Positions 1 to 13,686 of a DNA stretch of 64,000 nucleotides are shown one piece after another. Numbering within the stretch: the stretch's first letter is position 1; the number at the start of each line of letters is the position of its first letter. Origin of the DNA: the human T2T-CHM13v2.0 reference genome, Homo sapiens; assembly GCF_009914755.1 (NCBI RefSeq), contig NC_060937.1. One strand, 5' to 3'. The notes beneath the pieces are model-generated. The model was not told the DNA's origin. It saw nothing but the letters and a program-made list of their open reading frames with translations, and ran no database searches. The position numbers were made by a program, and so were the translations under genes.

Positions 1-196
1 CACGCAAACTCTGCCTCCTGGGTTCAAGCTAGTTTCCTGCTGCAGCCTCCCAAGTAGCTGGGATTACAGGCACCTGCCACCGTGCCTGGCTAATTTTTTT
101 ATTTAGTAGAAATGGGGTTTCTCCATGTTGGCCTGCCTGGTCTCGAACTCCTGACCTCAGGTGATCCACCTGCCTTGGCCTCCCACAGTGCTGGGA
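1..196 (-). mobile_element. Alu (AluS-type), partial at window edge
   Basis: Antisense Alu motifs CAGCCTCCCAAGTAGCTGGGATTACAGG and CTCCTGACCTCAGGTGATCCACC. Confidence 0.95.
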
Positions 197-1949
197 GCTG
201 GTTTGCTCCATTACTTCCTGCAGGCCCGAAAAAAGTAGTTTAGGAATTCAAATTTTATGGTTTGAATCTTCTGGAAACATCACAGAAAGACTATCCTTGC
301 CATCCACACTACAACAAAACTTTGGGACCTTGAACTTTGAGTTCATAATCTCACAACTGAGAAGGGCACCTCCATGCTCTTGGAGCTGTGCACCCACTGG
401 AACGCTTAGGTTAAAACTGACCACAGAAATTTTTCCCAAGAAGAAGATGGCATCCTTGATGTGAACAGCTTTTCCCAAGTTCACAGATTAAGACTTCTAC
501 TGTCACAAAACTCTTATCTTTGAATATTTTTTCTTGCTTATGCCTCTACGAACAATAGAAGTGGAAAAGGGATCTGTTATGTGCACTTATGGGATATACT
601 TTTATTTGTGAAGGAGTTTGCAGTCAGCCTTATACATGGATAACTTTCTACTTTGATAGATAAAAGATGAAGGCCCAATGTAGGTAAGAAACTTTAATGC
701 TACATGCGTTGCCTCATAATCAGTCAAAAACAAAACACTGGTTCACTCCTCTTAACCCATATCATGGATTAAAGAGAATATTGACGGAAGGCCTTCACTC
801 TTCTAAAAGTCCATCATTTGTTAGGTCCGTTTTCCATGGTTTAAAGTAAAAGAAGCAATGATTAGAAATGTATCCCTCATGATAGCTTCTATAACAAATT
901 CTACCATAAAGGCTACAGTTACACAATAGAATCTAAATTCTCTTCTGAGAGTTATGATAGAATTGGCTAAACAGAGAAGTGTCTGTGAAGCTGCTGGCAT
1001 TTGTGGCCTATGGAGAAATACATCAAATGAAGATTATAGAAATTCAGTGGTAGGGCACTGACGAAGAAAATGCTTCGTCAAGTGGGTAAGCTCTTTATCT
1101 AGCTCATTCTTTGACCTATTTGATTTTAGGAGGTTTAGTTTATGGGGACCATGGGTAAGGAGCATATTCCAAACTCTTGGTATTATCCTCCTGATAGTCA
1201 TAATAATAGCCTCCCTGGTGCCCTGTATTCTCTCAAGGGTTTTAAATACTTGCATGCAGCCATCTCTAGAATGTCATATGGTCTCTCTTCAACTGGAATG
1301 AGAAGAGCTGAAAGAAATGTGCAACCATGAGGACACCGTAACCTATGAATGATGTGCTGAGATGGGAAACCCAAAATGATGGTAACTGAGAGTGGCGCTA
1401 AGGCCCTATGTTTTGGTCACACTCTTACCTAAGTGAGAATTTGACCAAAAAGAGGGAATTTTTTTAAACAAAATTCTGAGAGTCCATTGTTTTGGACTGA
1501 GCTCATGTACTAGGCCCCAACAAACCAAACCAAACCAAACCAAAATGGAGTCGCTTGTGCTAAGACTTTAAGGAAACACATAGATTCTAGAACAGACCAG
1601 GTTTTGTTTTTCCTCCTGCAGATCTCTATAACAAACATTTCTGATAGCATAGATATCCACCCCCTGAAGTTCCCATTAAGTCTGTTAACCAAATTCATTT
1701 CCTTTCGCCTAGAGACCATCAAACTTATGATCGTGTAACAAAAGTTCCAGCCAGTTCCAGGTGAAGACACCACCACTGGCCATCAGGAAGCTACCCTGCC
1801 TCCACGAGTTGGAGCAGGGTGAGAGTTCCATGATCCCCAATAGGTAGGGACTACACTTGGAGCCAGCATGAAGCAGTTACAGAAAAAAGAACATTGGTCC
1901 TTCTGCCTCCCATAAAGATTTATGGGGATCACATCTCTCAGTGGGGAGA
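197..1949 (+). mobile_element. ERV1 (MER4-group, probably MER51-int) internal 3' region with decayed env
   Basis: Translating 963-1025 gives LAKQRSVCEAAGICGLWRNTS (degenerate env TM cysteine loop). 1143-1247 gives WGPWVRSIFQTLGIILLIVIIIASLVPCILSRVLN (membrane span). Purine tract CAGTGGGGAGA directly precedes the LTR. Confidence 0.75.
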
Positions 1950-2283
1950 AGAGGCAGTAAAGTAGGGTGTGGAGGCAGGGAACATAAGGCCGATTCATAC
2001 TTCAGCTATGACAGGAAATATCCTCTCCATAGAGCATACGCCGAGTAAATGACTTTGTAACTTTACTTCATCCTCTTCACTTACATAGAGCGTACCCCAA
2101 GTAGAGGGTATTTAAGCTCGCAAAAACTCTGTAACAGGGCCTTCGAGCCCCTATGCTTTGACCTGCTCCCACATTGTGGAGTGTACTTTCATTTTCAGTA
2201 AATCCCTTCGTCCCTTCCTTGCTTTGTGTGTTTTGTCCAATTCTTCAAGACGCCAAGAACCAGGACATCCACTACTGTTAACA
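1950..2283 (+). mobile_element. ERV1 3' LTR, MER51A-like
   Basis: Begins (A)GAGGCAGTAAAGTAGGGTGTGGAGGCAGGGAACATAAGGCCGATTCATACTTCAGC, matching the recalled MER51 start; TATTTAAG box; AGTAAA poly(A)-signal variant; ends TGTTAACA. Confidence 0.8.
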
Positions 2284-2289
2284 ATTTTA

Positions 2290-2615
2290 GAGCCAAACCC
2301 TCCAGCAGGGTTGTAAAAGATCGGATGCTGTATGCATGATGCGAACCCTTCACTCTTCAGGGAGAAGCTGGGAGTTGAGGATTCATTCCTGATTGTAAGG
2401 AGCTGTGCTGAAGATGGGGTTTGTGGATGAGTATATCTCCACTCTTCATGCCTGTTTCAATGTGGATACTTTCTCAGTTGTTTGGTGTTCAGGAGTCTTT
2501 CAACTAGTTTCTGGCTTTCTCTTGGAGGGAACTGATCCATGTATAGGTGTTTATTTGGTGCATCTGTGGGAGGAGGGATAGCCATGAGAAACTATTTCTT
2601 CATGTTGCTGATGCC
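2290..2615 (-). mobile_element. Old L1M 5' region fragment
   Basis: GTTTCTGGCTTTCTCTTGGAGGGAACTGATCCATGTATAGGTG...GTGGGAGGAGG resembles antisense L1M 5' end. Confidence 0.5.
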
Positions 2616-3592
2616 ACTTTCCAGAATTTTGTTTTGAGCAAATGGCTTGAAGCAAAGAAGCAGGAGAATACGGTAAATGATTTTTAAGGTCTTAATCTCC
2701 TTAAGTTAAGGAGACTGTTTTGGCAAATACGTTTTGGAATAGATATCTGTTTAGAATCGCTAGCACCTAGAGACAGAGACACTAACCAGAAGATGTTCCT
2801 GAAATACAGGTGGCAAAGATTTAATCCAGGCAGGTGGTTTTCAAAAATAACAATAAGGGATAAGTCCAAGAATTGGCATAGTTTATACATAACCATAATG
2901 TTTATATTTATTTTTCTACAAATAAGGCATTTCTCTGCATAAGATAATGTGTAGCTGTGCTTTTTGAGTAAGAGGAAATACATATTAAACATTTCTAAAG
3001 CATCTGGAAAAATACCCCTTTCCCCCATCTGTTCTAGACAGTTAAACATACTTTGGACCAGTTGAATTTTCCACAATAGTTTCTTTGGATATTAAAATGA
3101 CTGAATTCTCCAAGCAGAAAATGAAAATCCTGAAATAGAGATGGAATAACAAGTATTACTTCTGTTCAATCAAATGTAAAATTTAAGTGCACAATTAAAC
3201 TACTTCTGTTTATGTGCTTTAACATTTAAATCTTCTTACCCTATGCAATAATTGAAACTACCTGATGGAAAATAGCCAATTTGAGACTGAATAAGATGAA
3301 CCTGGTGGTCTCAGGGATGAGCACAGTTAGTAAGTAGTGTTAGTAAAATCCATTTTTATGTCTAATTTTGATAGCAAGCCATTAGGTCAGCACTGAGTTT
3401 TAGAATGTGGCCCAAGAGAAAAGCTGAAACATCATGTCCTCACTGTTTCTAACTTCAGCCCCATCTGGTTGAAAATTTCTGCAGTGGTTCCCAGAACAGC
3501 TTTTAGATAACACTGAGGCATTTGAAAGGAGCTTTCTAAGGACCGAATAATCTTCAACAATTTCTAAAGAAAAACCAAATGGTCTTCTAAGC

Positions 3593-3750
3593 CTTTGCTA
3601 CTCAAGATGCTTATTGTGGGCCAATAGTATTGACATATCCTGGGACTTGTTAGACTTGCAGAATCTCAGGCCCCACCCAGGCCTACTGAATCAGAATGTT
3701 CTTTTTAACAAGATCCCCAGGTGATTTATATTAAAATTTGGAACATATTA
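3593..3750. mobile_element. MER5A (hAT-Charlie MITE)
   Basis: TTGTTAGACTTGCAGAATCTCAGGCCCCACCCAGGCCTACTGAATCAGAA...AACAAGATCCCCAGGTGATT. Confidence 0.85.
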
Positions 3751-4929
3751 AGTCTTGTTTTAAGCTCTTTGAACAGGTTTTGGTTGGGGGTGAGAGAGTT
3801 CCATGTTTTAAGAGATAAATGCTAATTCTTTGGGAGGAGATTTTGGCATTGCAGCAATGCAATTGAACAGCTCGCTGGGAAAATGCAGAAAAGGAAAGGG
3901 CCTCTTTGAGATCACAGCCTCTGGTGGCAACCATGCTCAGAGGACTAACCCATTCGGTGGTACAGTGGAGTTTCCTGACCCCTTTGGGTCACTCATCAAG
4001 TTTAAATGAAACCTGCCTATTTCTACATCAGGCAGGAGGTATTAATGCTTTCTCTACAAATTCGCAAACCCACGTGTGTGTCGTTATGCATTTATGGATT
4101 AACAGCCATCTTTAAGGGGCTAATCCTTCAGCACTTGATCAGGCAAGAGAGAATAATTAGACCTACAAATAGCCTGACTTTTTAATTGCACAAAATACAC
4201 TTCCCTCCTCCCACAGGAGGACACAGATCATTCCATAATCCAAAACATGGAGAGATGCTGAGATGCGTAACAGGGTCCAAATTCCATCTTTTTCCAATTT
4301 TTCAAAGTGCAATTCTGTCCCAAACCTCTGCACAAGCATAGAACCCTGCCAGTTACATCTTGTGCAGTATGAAGAAATCCTTTCCATTTTAGTCTCTGGC
4401 AATCAGGACCCCTCTATTTTGTTTTGAGATTGATTTTCTAGCTAAAACTTTGTACTTTTTGTTCCCAAAGATCTTCATGGGCAGAACAGACAGATCTGGA
4501 TGGGGTGGATGAGCAGAGGGCCAGGGGCCAAGTGGCTTCATGCTGAGGATGCAGCATAGGGATGGGCTTGTGGGGAGGGCTCTTTCCCTCATTTCTCTTC
4601 TTGAGTCTCTGTGTGTCTCCCAACCCTTCATGCTCTCGTCCTTATAATAGTAACTTTCATGATCTAATTTAGTTAGCTCATCAGTGTGATTCCATTCAGA
4701 AATGACTACCTAAAATGATATCTACATTTTAAATAATAACTGTAACTTAATCTTCACTTTAACTGATTGCCCAGCCTGCCATTTTAGGGCTTTATTATCA
4801 TGCTCTGCTTGGATATTTAAAAGGGTCTTCACTGAGTCAGCCTAAAGCTTCTGAAAATCCCCACCAATGAATTACCACATGGAACCTTCACTGAATTCCT
4901 AAGCCCCTGTGTTCCATAATAGAGACAGG

Positions 4930-5135
4930 AATAGTGGGAAGAATGCTGACTTTGAAGCAAGATGCACCGAAGTCAGCATCTTAGCTCTGTCATCTTGGGT
5001 AAGTTACTAACGCCTCACTGAGTCTCAGTTCCTCACTGTATTGAGGGAAATAATACCTATTGCAAAGTTTTCTGTGAAGAAGAGATAGCAAACGTAAGTT
5101 GCTTAGCAAGAATACTGGCACCTAGTGGGGAATCA
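4930..5135 (+). mobile_element. MIR SINE
   Basis: Core CTTGGGTAAGTTACTAACGCCTCACTGAGTCTCAGTTCCTCA; 3' part CTTAGCAAGAATACTGGCACCTAGT. Confidence 0.75.
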
Positions 5136-5184
5136 AGAGGTTTAATCTTTACTTTTAATCTCCCTTTCCTTTTCTTGATGAATG

Positions 5185-5520
5185 GTGTCTCTAGCCTGAT
5201 TTCTCCAGAAAACAGAGCCTCAGTCAAAAACTTATGTGCTAAAACTTTATTGAGTGAGTGCAGTCCAGGGAAGCAAAAGTGAAGGAACCAGGTAAATGAG
5301 GTGAAGGAAAAGAAGAAGTACAGGATGTTGCATTTCCAAGCTGTCTAGACTTTGACCGGAAAACATCCTTGTTGCTCAATTATGCAGGACGTCACCAGGA
5401 AGGGCATATGGAAGCGTGAGTCTCAGCACAATTTCTTGGGAGGAGGAGGAGAGAATAATCTATCTGTTGGCTCCTTCCTTTCTCCTGCTGCCCATTGGCC
5501 AAATCCAGCCCCCACCAGCA
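5185..5520 (-). mobile_element. Old ERVL-type LTR (LTR16/LTR41-like) fragment
   Basis: TCTCCAGAAAACAGAGCCTCAG...TTTATTGAGTGAGTGCAGTCCAGGGAAGCA resembles the antisense 3' end of these LTRs; may extend to ~6020. Confidence 0.45.
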
Positions 5521-6091
5521 CAATTGGATTGTCAACTTACCTACATTTCTAGGTTATTTTTGCCACAAGAGTGCTGGCATTGAGTCAATGAAAGGGCATG
5601 AGCCAGAAACATTAAATACCTGTCTCTCTGCAACATGCAGCTTTGAATACCCATCTTGGAAAGTCAGTGGGTTGGGTGGTTTAGGAGGCCTCTGGCATCT
5701 GCACCTTAGCATTGACAGGAAAGCTTAAGGGTGGGAGGTGAGGGCCCTGCGGTGGGAGGTGCGACATGACACATAGCCTGGTCCTTCCTCGAACTACACG
5801 GGACTTCAGGACTAGCTGCTTGCTGCAGCAGGGTCAACTGCTGAGCAGCTCCCCTGAGTGGGCAGGGACGAAGCTCAGTGGGCAAAGATGGACATCTTCT
5901 CTCTGTGCCAACAATAATGCCATTGGGTGCCAAGCAATCTCCCTGGAGAGTCACCTATAGCCCTGAGCAGAAAAATCATAGCCAACCAGATCTGAGAAGT
6001 ACATGAACTGGGTCTGGTATTGTGAGAATAGGATATGGGCTTTCAATAATTCATGAATGTAGAGGGATGTAAAATCGGCTCTCAACACAGG

Positions 6092-6407
6092 TTTTTTTGT
6101 GTGTTTTGTTTTTTTTTTTTTTTTGAGATGGAGTCTCGCTCTGTCGCCGGGCTGGAGTGCAGTGGTGCGATCTCAGCTCACTGCAACCTCTGACTCCCGG
6201 GTTCCAGCGATTCACCTGCCTCAGCCTCCCAAGTAGCTGGGATACAGGCACGCACCACCATGCCCAGCTAATTTTTGTATTTTTAGTAGAGACGGGGTTT
6301 CACCATTGTTGGCCAGGATGGTCTTGATCTCCTGATCTCATGATCCGCCCACCTCAGCCTCCCAGAATGCTGGGATTACAGGCGTGAGCGACTGCTTCCG
6401 CCCGGCC
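6092..6407 (-). mobile_element. Alu (AluSc-like), full length
   Basis: Poly-T, complete antisense dimer ending CCCGGCC; TSD TCAACACAG on both sides. Confidence 0.97.
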
Positions 6408-6689
6408 TCAACACAGTTTTGACCTGGGTCAAGTTTATTTTTAGTGCCCTTCGGATTAAAGCTCAGGAGAAAGGTTGGGTTTAGAGACCCTGATTTGCAG
6501 AATTAGCTTGTCCTCTGTCTGACTTTAAAGGCTGTTTTCAATCACATCGCGGTGCCTACTGCCTCAGTACAAAGATGGTGCCAAAGCCACGGGATGGAAT
6601 ACCACGACCCAGAATGAGCAGGGACCAGGACTCCTCGTACCTGAAATGATGGAACAAAAGGCTATGGAAGACACTGAAAACTAAGGTCT

Positions 6690-6920
6690 TAGCAACAGAG
6701 AGAAAGCCAAGAGAGGTAAATTAAGACATTAAGAAAGAAGAGATTTTCAAATTAAAGGAAGGGATCCTCAGTGTCAGATGATACAGAGAGGCCAAGTAGA
6801 ATAGGAAGAAACAAAATAACAGAATTTTGTAACTGCCGCTCTGACCAGAACAATTTCTGTGGCAAGATGCGGACTAACTAAAAATATTGCTGAGTATTGA
6901 GCAGTGTGATGAAGTGAGGA
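6690..6920 (-). mobile_element. L2 fragment
   Basis: CAGTGTCAGATGATACAGAGAGGCCAAGTAGAATAGGA resembles antisense L2. Confidence 0.45.
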
Positions 6921-7034
6921 AATAGAGCTATTTTTTAAAAAAATTTTTACTTAAAAATTGGCAAATAGGAAAATAAAAGTTTTGGTACCTTGGTGGGAAG
7001 GGGGAAATCAGAGTTGAAGAAAGTTTTTTTCAAA

Positions 7035-7712
7035 GCACAATTCATTTATTCAGTCTGCTGTGATACTGTTGGGTTGTTTCCAGCTTTTTGACAATTAGAA
7101 ATAATGCTGCTATAAATATTCTTGTAAATGTGTTTGGGTGCATATGTGTTCCTATTTTGGTTGAGCATCTCTAGCGATAGTCATGGTGCATTTCAATATT
7201 CAATCAATAACTCAGTTTACTGATATGTCAGTTACATCATGTTGACAAACCATCTGTTACCTTACTATTTATGTAAGTTTCTGTTCTGTTAGTTACTGAT
7301 GGAGGTGTCTTAAAACCCACAGTACGTTATTGAGAACTGTGTCTCCTTTTACTTTTGTTAATTTTTGCTGTCTTAGAAGAACATACAAATTTTGAATTGT
7401 GTATTTAAACATTTACAGATTTAGAGCTTTTTTATATCTTCTTGGTAAGTAGAAATTTTTATTGCTATGAAATTTCCTTCTTTATCTCTAGTAATATTTC
7501 TTATCCTGAAGTGTTCTTTATCTGATATTCACTATCTGTTGCTCAGGGTTTGGAAGGAATATCTTTTTCTACCCTTTTACTTTCAATCTTTCGATGTCCT
7601 TATATTCAAGACTTATCTCTTGGAATCAGAATATGTTTTAAAATCCTATTTTCTCTGATCAAACATTGCCATTTCTAAAGCATTTAGTTCATTTATGTTT
7701 ATTATAATTATC
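7035..7712 (-). mobile_element. Old L1M fragments
   Basis: TTGGGTTGTTTCCAGCTTTT...AATAATGCTGCTATAAATATTCTTGTA and T-rich antisense ORF2-like sequence. Confidence 0.6.
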
Positions 7713-8374
7713 TAGAAGCAAGGTATTTTTAAGATAGTGGAAGCATTTATTCTATTTGTGGGCAGGAGGGAAGGAAAAACTAAAGAGATTGAAAACTAAG
7801 TGAAGGAAAGAAAAATCTCATCTTAAGTAGCTGCCAACCTGTCTTTCCCTGGAGTCCCCTATCCCCACATTCTTCTATGTCCACTTTGTCACAGCTTCAA
7901 GGGGGCAGCTTTCCCAGATCCTGCTAATGCTGCTGTTCTGATTAATTTGGAACTTTGGAAGAAGTTTATTTGGAGTGGCAGAAATAATGACTTTTTTTAT
8001 TTATCCTTCTGACTTTTGTCTTAATATGTAATCCAATTTTATCTAATTTTTTTTCACACAAGCTGGTACTCCCTGTACCTACTATGTTATAACCTTCCCT
8101 TTATTTATAGAGTGGCTAATTTAGTGAGCACTCACTTGTGTTTGTTGCATGGTGGGATGAAAGGGGAAGGGGCATGGTTGGGAAGGAGGCTGGATATATT
8201 GCCTGGGCACTGAGCTGTGCAGCCTATAACAATGGAGAGCTTGCGATTCTCTGATGTTCAAAAGCTGAGGCTGACCTTCTCTTGGCTGTACTGTTTGCCA
8301 GCGTTTCCTTAGTCAACTCCCAAATGAGAGCATCCTTAGCAGAAACTCCTTGCTACTTGGTGAGACAGATAATC

Positions 8375-8990
8375 CCAGTGGTTAAATTCATGGGCTCTGA
8401 AGCCACACTAGTTTTAAAGCTTGGCTCTCTTCCTTATAATCTGTGTGATCTTGAGCAAGTTCTTTACCTTCTTGAGCCTTCATTTCTTCATCTGTAAAGT
8501 GGGGATAAAATGATACTACTTTATGTATTTTTAATGAGGAAAAAATGAGCATACATGTTGCGATGTTAATTTTACCTGCCATAGTACCCAGTTATTTAAT
8601 TAAACAGTAATCTAGGTGTTGCTCTGAAGGTATTTTGCAGATGTGGTTAACATCTACAATCAGCTGACTTTAAGTAAAGGACACTATCTTTATCATCTGA
8701 GTTGGCCTCATTCAATCAGTTGAAAAGCCTGAAGAGCAGAACTGAGATTTCCAGGGGAAGAAGAAATTCTGCTTCAAATTCTGCTTCAGCCTGCTGGCTG
8801 CCTATGGATTTTGGACTTGCCAGCGTCACAATGGCATAGACCAGGTCCTTGAAATAAGACACAATCTGTATTTATATCCTAGTGGTTCTGCTGCTCTGGA
8901 GAACCCTGACTAATACATATGCACAAAGCCTCTGGCACAGTGCCTTGCTGGTCGTCAGTCCTCAGAAAGTGTTGGCCTACCGTTATTATT
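8375..8990 (+). mobile_element. MIR interrupted by MLT2D
   Basis: Core TGTGATCTTGAGCAAGT...CATCTGTAAAGTGGGGATAA before 8559; 3' part (GGCACAGTGCCTTG...TTATTATT) resumes after 8917. Confidence 0.75.
8559..8917 (+). mobile_element. MLT2D (ERVL) solo LTR
   Basis: TG..TTAATTTTA start, CCCAGTTATTTAATTAAACAGTAATCTAGGTGTTGCT..., end GAACCCTGACTAATACA. Confidence 0.9.
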
Positions 8991-9359
8991 TTATGCATAT
9001 CTGATTAGCATAGAGAATGCTTTCTGGAAGCATGAAGCTGTTGGAGGATAATCCCTACCAAGAGGCAACCTCAACAGTCATTCATTCTTGTCATACCTCC
9101 TGCAGTTGTGAGCTGCCTCTGTTCTGTTTTATTTTGTTTTTCCTGTGCTATGATGGTGCTTATGATGCTCTTCATAATATCACAGGTCTTGCACCACTCC
9201 CCACTTGGCAGCTGATGTGCCCCCTGTGCTTCTTTGACATTTCCTTGAAAAGGCCACTGGCCACCAAGCTGCACTTCAACCTCAGCCTCTACCTCTTCCA
9301 TCCTCTGCAGCACCTGTGGCACCGTTGCTTGTGTGCCCTTTGTGGTTGTTTTGTGAGTC

Positions 9360-9572
9360 AACGTTAAACCCTAGAATATTCCATAATGGAAGAAAGAGCA
9401 ACCACAGAGAGTTGAACTTCATCCTGACGAGACAAAGCACCCTATGAGATGTCAGTTCATGGGCTGAGAGCTTCGGATAGCGCTTTATTTACTGCAGTCA
9501 CTCTATACAAGGAAATATTTTTGTAGGCCAAAAAGATTGAATATTGGTAACTTCATATGCTTCACCCTAATA
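9360..9572. mobile_element. Possible MER53-like MITE
   Basis: Right end GGTAACTTCATATGCTTCACCCTAATA resembles the MER53 terminal repeat; left end is weak. Confidence 0.35.
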
Positions 9573-10189
9573 ATTGCACTCTTCCTTACTGGAATGGATT
9601 TATAGTCTCTCTCTATATTTTTAATTAAAAGATGTTTCTATGACCAGAGTATTACAGCAAATCAGTGCTGTATAGGACTGCACTAAGCAACATACATGTG
9701 TTGTTATTGTTGTTATTCTCATTAGACTTTATAGCAAAAGGCAATCCAAGAGCGTCACAGAGTGAGTCTTGGCCTGAACAGGCCACTTTCCTGGTGTTGG
9801 TCTCTTGGAGATGGAGTAGGTTCAACGAGGAGGCATGGGAAGCTCTCTGATCGTCATTACAGACAGGCAGGCTTGGAGCAAGCTATGCCTCCTGCCCAGA
9901 GAACCATCGCAGAGCCATTTGTTTGCTCCCCTGAGTATTAGGTGTTTTGTTAGCAGCTCTTCTCTGCCAGTGAGTGGTTTTCATTGTTTTGTGAATTTTT
10001 AGTACAGATGGTATCAAAGGCTATGTGGCAAGATGCTAAGCATATACTTACATAGGCTTTTGCAAAGTAGAAAAACATTGATTTTTAGTCATTAAAAATC
10101 TTACAATTCTGTCTTATGCATCACACCGTCTACAGAGGCTATTGAAGTGCCACATCCTTACTGGATGCTCAGTGAAAATGTAAGCTGCC

Positions 10190-10425
10190 ACGTGATGTAG
10201 TGGTGTCAAGGCCTTGACGTTTAGCTGAACTAACCAGGCTTAAGTCCTAGTTCTGTTACTGAATAGTTGTGTAACCTTGGGTAAGTTAACCTCACTGTGA
10301 CTCAGTTTTCTCACTCAAAATGGGGACAGAAACAGTCCCCTATCTAAAAGGATTGTAGTGAGATAATATCTGTAAACCATGGTGCTATGAATATAAAAAG
10401 CATAGTATGTGCTGACTATTGTTAT
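10190..10425 (+). mobile_element. MIR SINE
   Basis: TGTGTAACCTTGGGTAAGTTAACCTCACTGTGACTCAGTTTTCTCA...AAAATGGGGA. Confidence 0.8.
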
Positions 10426-11757
10426 TAAATGAATGACTCTTAGTACACAGGAGACATTTTAAAGTTCAAATTGTGTGACAAAGAAGAAATACAGTACCGA
10501 AAGCAAACAATATACAAGATGCCCAAACTCAAAAACTATACTATTCTTTTTCTTGTCTTAGGATGGTATTGGTCACTGTGTGCTATTATGTAGGTCATAG
10601 ACTAGCTTAGGTCTCAAGAGGACTTTTGTTACACCGTTTCTGTTCTAACCCATTTCTTCCGCCTAGCATTTGATACCTCTTTGACAAATGCCTGAAGTGG
10701 CTGATGTGATCATTTTCCTTCCTACTGACCTGTGGCTGTGGCATTGATATTGTTCGTGGGGCTCCATCAACAAGGTAACTTGACAGGTACATCCAGATCT
10801 ACCCACTTATCCTGAAATTAGAGACTGTATCTATGCATTTTGTCCATAATGAGTTAAAAATGAATATATTTTGCTTCTTTTGTTCTTCCATTGCTACCTG
10901 GCATTTTAGAATCTGACAGTATATAATCATAGGATAGTATTATTCTGAACTACTAGCTTCTTTGAAAGGCATATCTCACAAGAACTCAGAGGAAACCTAG
11001 ACATCTTTATGAGTTCTTTTCAAAAAATGTCTTGGAGGAAGCTTGGGATCTCAACAGTGCATGATTTTTCTCACTGCTCTGAAAACTACATTCAGATTCA
11101 CTCCAAAGCTACAGAACTTGCATCAAAGAATTCAGCCCAAGAGGAGAGAAATGGCCCTTTCAGCAAAAGTGATAAAAATAACCTAAATTTCCAGGGTGCC
11201 TTTCCACTGAAGAACTCATAAAGCCTTTACAGGATTTGGTGAAAGGATTTTTATCCAGAAGGGTTCCTTTTCTTGGGTAGCATTTGATTGATAAAGTTTC
11301 TCAAAGTTCAAATATATTTCTGAATGTCTTTCTCATCTTTTGTTATTGCGTTTTCTGCTTGAACGCATTTCAATTTAACTTATGGACATCTATTCTTTTA
11401 AAGAAAAAAATCAGGGCAAGAGCTGAGTCACTTTTCTTAGTTGTCTCATCATTGAGTTTCTCTGGATAGCATTTTCTTCCCAAGTCCTTTTTTTCTTGTT
11501 CAGCCACTTCTAACTTCATCTTTCCACTGCATTTCAATCATTCCCAGCCAGGGCCAATTAGCTGACAGTGCCTCACTCCGGGGCCCAGGGCCCCAATTAA
11601 CAGCCTTGTGTTTTAATACAATGTCCTATTCCATTAACTAGTGTTCAGAACCTTCGGCCTTGGCTCTACCAGAAAGTTGAATCTTTTGTTTCCTCCCATT
11701 GTGCGATGGTCAGTCTTATTACCTGTAACTCCTGGCCTTTCATTGCCTGCACATATA

Positions 11758-12153
11758 CAGCTGTCCCTGGAACAACACAGGTTTGAACTGTGCAGGTCCA
11801 CTCACACAGTTGTTTTCTTCCTCCTTTGCCACCCCTGAGACAGCAAGACCAACCCCTCCTCCTCCTCTTCTACCTACTCAATGTGATTATCCCCTTGCAC
11901 TTAATGAAGAGTAGATATATTTTCTCTTCCTTATGATTTTCTTAGTAACATTTTCTTTTCTCTAGCTACTTTATTATAAGAATACAGTAATGCATATAAC
12001 ATACAAAATATGTGTTGTTTATATTATTGGCAAGGCTTCCAAGCAACATTAGGTTATTAATAGTTAACTTTTGGGGGAATCAAGTTATACATGGCTCTTT
12101 CACTGCACCTGGGGTCAGTGCCCCTAATGCCTGCATTGTTCAATGGTCAACTG
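11758..12153 (+). mobile_element. Tigger2a/MER28 (TcMar-Tigger) DNA transposon
   Basis: Terminal inverted repeats CAGCTGTCCCTGGAACAA / TTGTTCAATGGTCAACTG flanked by TA dinucleotides; internal CCACCCCTGAGACAGCAAGACCAACCCCTCC. Confidence 0.9.
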
Positions 12154-12334
12154 TATTTGTTTGTGGTGTTAGGGGAATCAACTTACATTCCTATACCCCT
12201 GAGTTATCAACTTCTTAATGTTTTTCAGCCTTTCGTTAATTTCATACGCATTATCCAAATTTTCCAACTCTGTTTTAAGTCAAGTATTTTATTATAAAAA
12301 CAAGTATTTCTATTTTCAGACTCTTTATTTTTTC

Positions 12335-12979
<645 letters not shown>

Positions 12980-13426
12980 TAAAAACAAGTTAGAAAAAAC
13001 TTTCTGTATGTAATCCTACCTCAGAGAGACTAACAATGTCCCCCTACTTTTCTTTACAGTTTCGTTGTTGACCCCCAAAAATCAAAACTGGAGTCATTCC
13101 TTATAGGAATGAATTTTTAAAAAATCAGAACTGAAAGAAGCAGTACACTTGGCATGATATGCCAAGTATTTATAAATTTTGTATCGATTTTGTAAAAAAC
13201 TTATATTATTTTGTGACTGTTTCCTCTGGTCTTATATCCTCCAACAACTCCATGAGTTTATTGTTTGAAAGCATGTGAGGGTTTGGGTAATCCCAAATGC
13301 TCATAAAACTCTAGGCCCTGAATGATGTATTATGTTGCTTGTGACTTCAAAGAAAGGAAAATAATAACAGACCAGGGTCTCTGGAAAGTGAAGGGACAGT
13401 TATAAATGTAACAAACCTTGAGATAT

Positions 13427-13686
13427 GTGTATCAATCATGGTTCTCCAGAATAGAGCCAATAGGAGATACATGTGTGTACATATACACTTAGAGAGAGAG
13501 AGAGAGGCTTATTTTCAGAAATTGGCTCACATGATTGTGGGGGCTGGCAAGTCTGAAATCTGTCAGGCAGCCTGGCAGAGTGGAAATTCAGGCAGGAATT
13601 GCTGTTGCAGTCTTGAGTCTGAAATCTACAGGGTAAGGTGGCAGGCTGGAAACTCAGGCAGGGTTTCCACGTTGCGGCCTAGAGGT
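13427..13686 (-). mobile_element. MLT2B-like (ERVL) LTR fragment
   Basis: GGTTCTCCAGA...(AG)n...GAAATTGGCTCACATGATTGTGGGGGCTGGCAAGTCTGAAATCTG. Confidence 0.85.

Noticed and set aside
930-1330. Domesticated env (syncytin-like) gene
   Set aside because: Only short frameshifted remnants with a degenerate cysteine motif; no long ORF
9017-9367. Overlapping antiparallel ORFs (116 and 96 aa)
   Set aside because: No recognisable homology; may be an old unrecognised repeat; not supportable as coding
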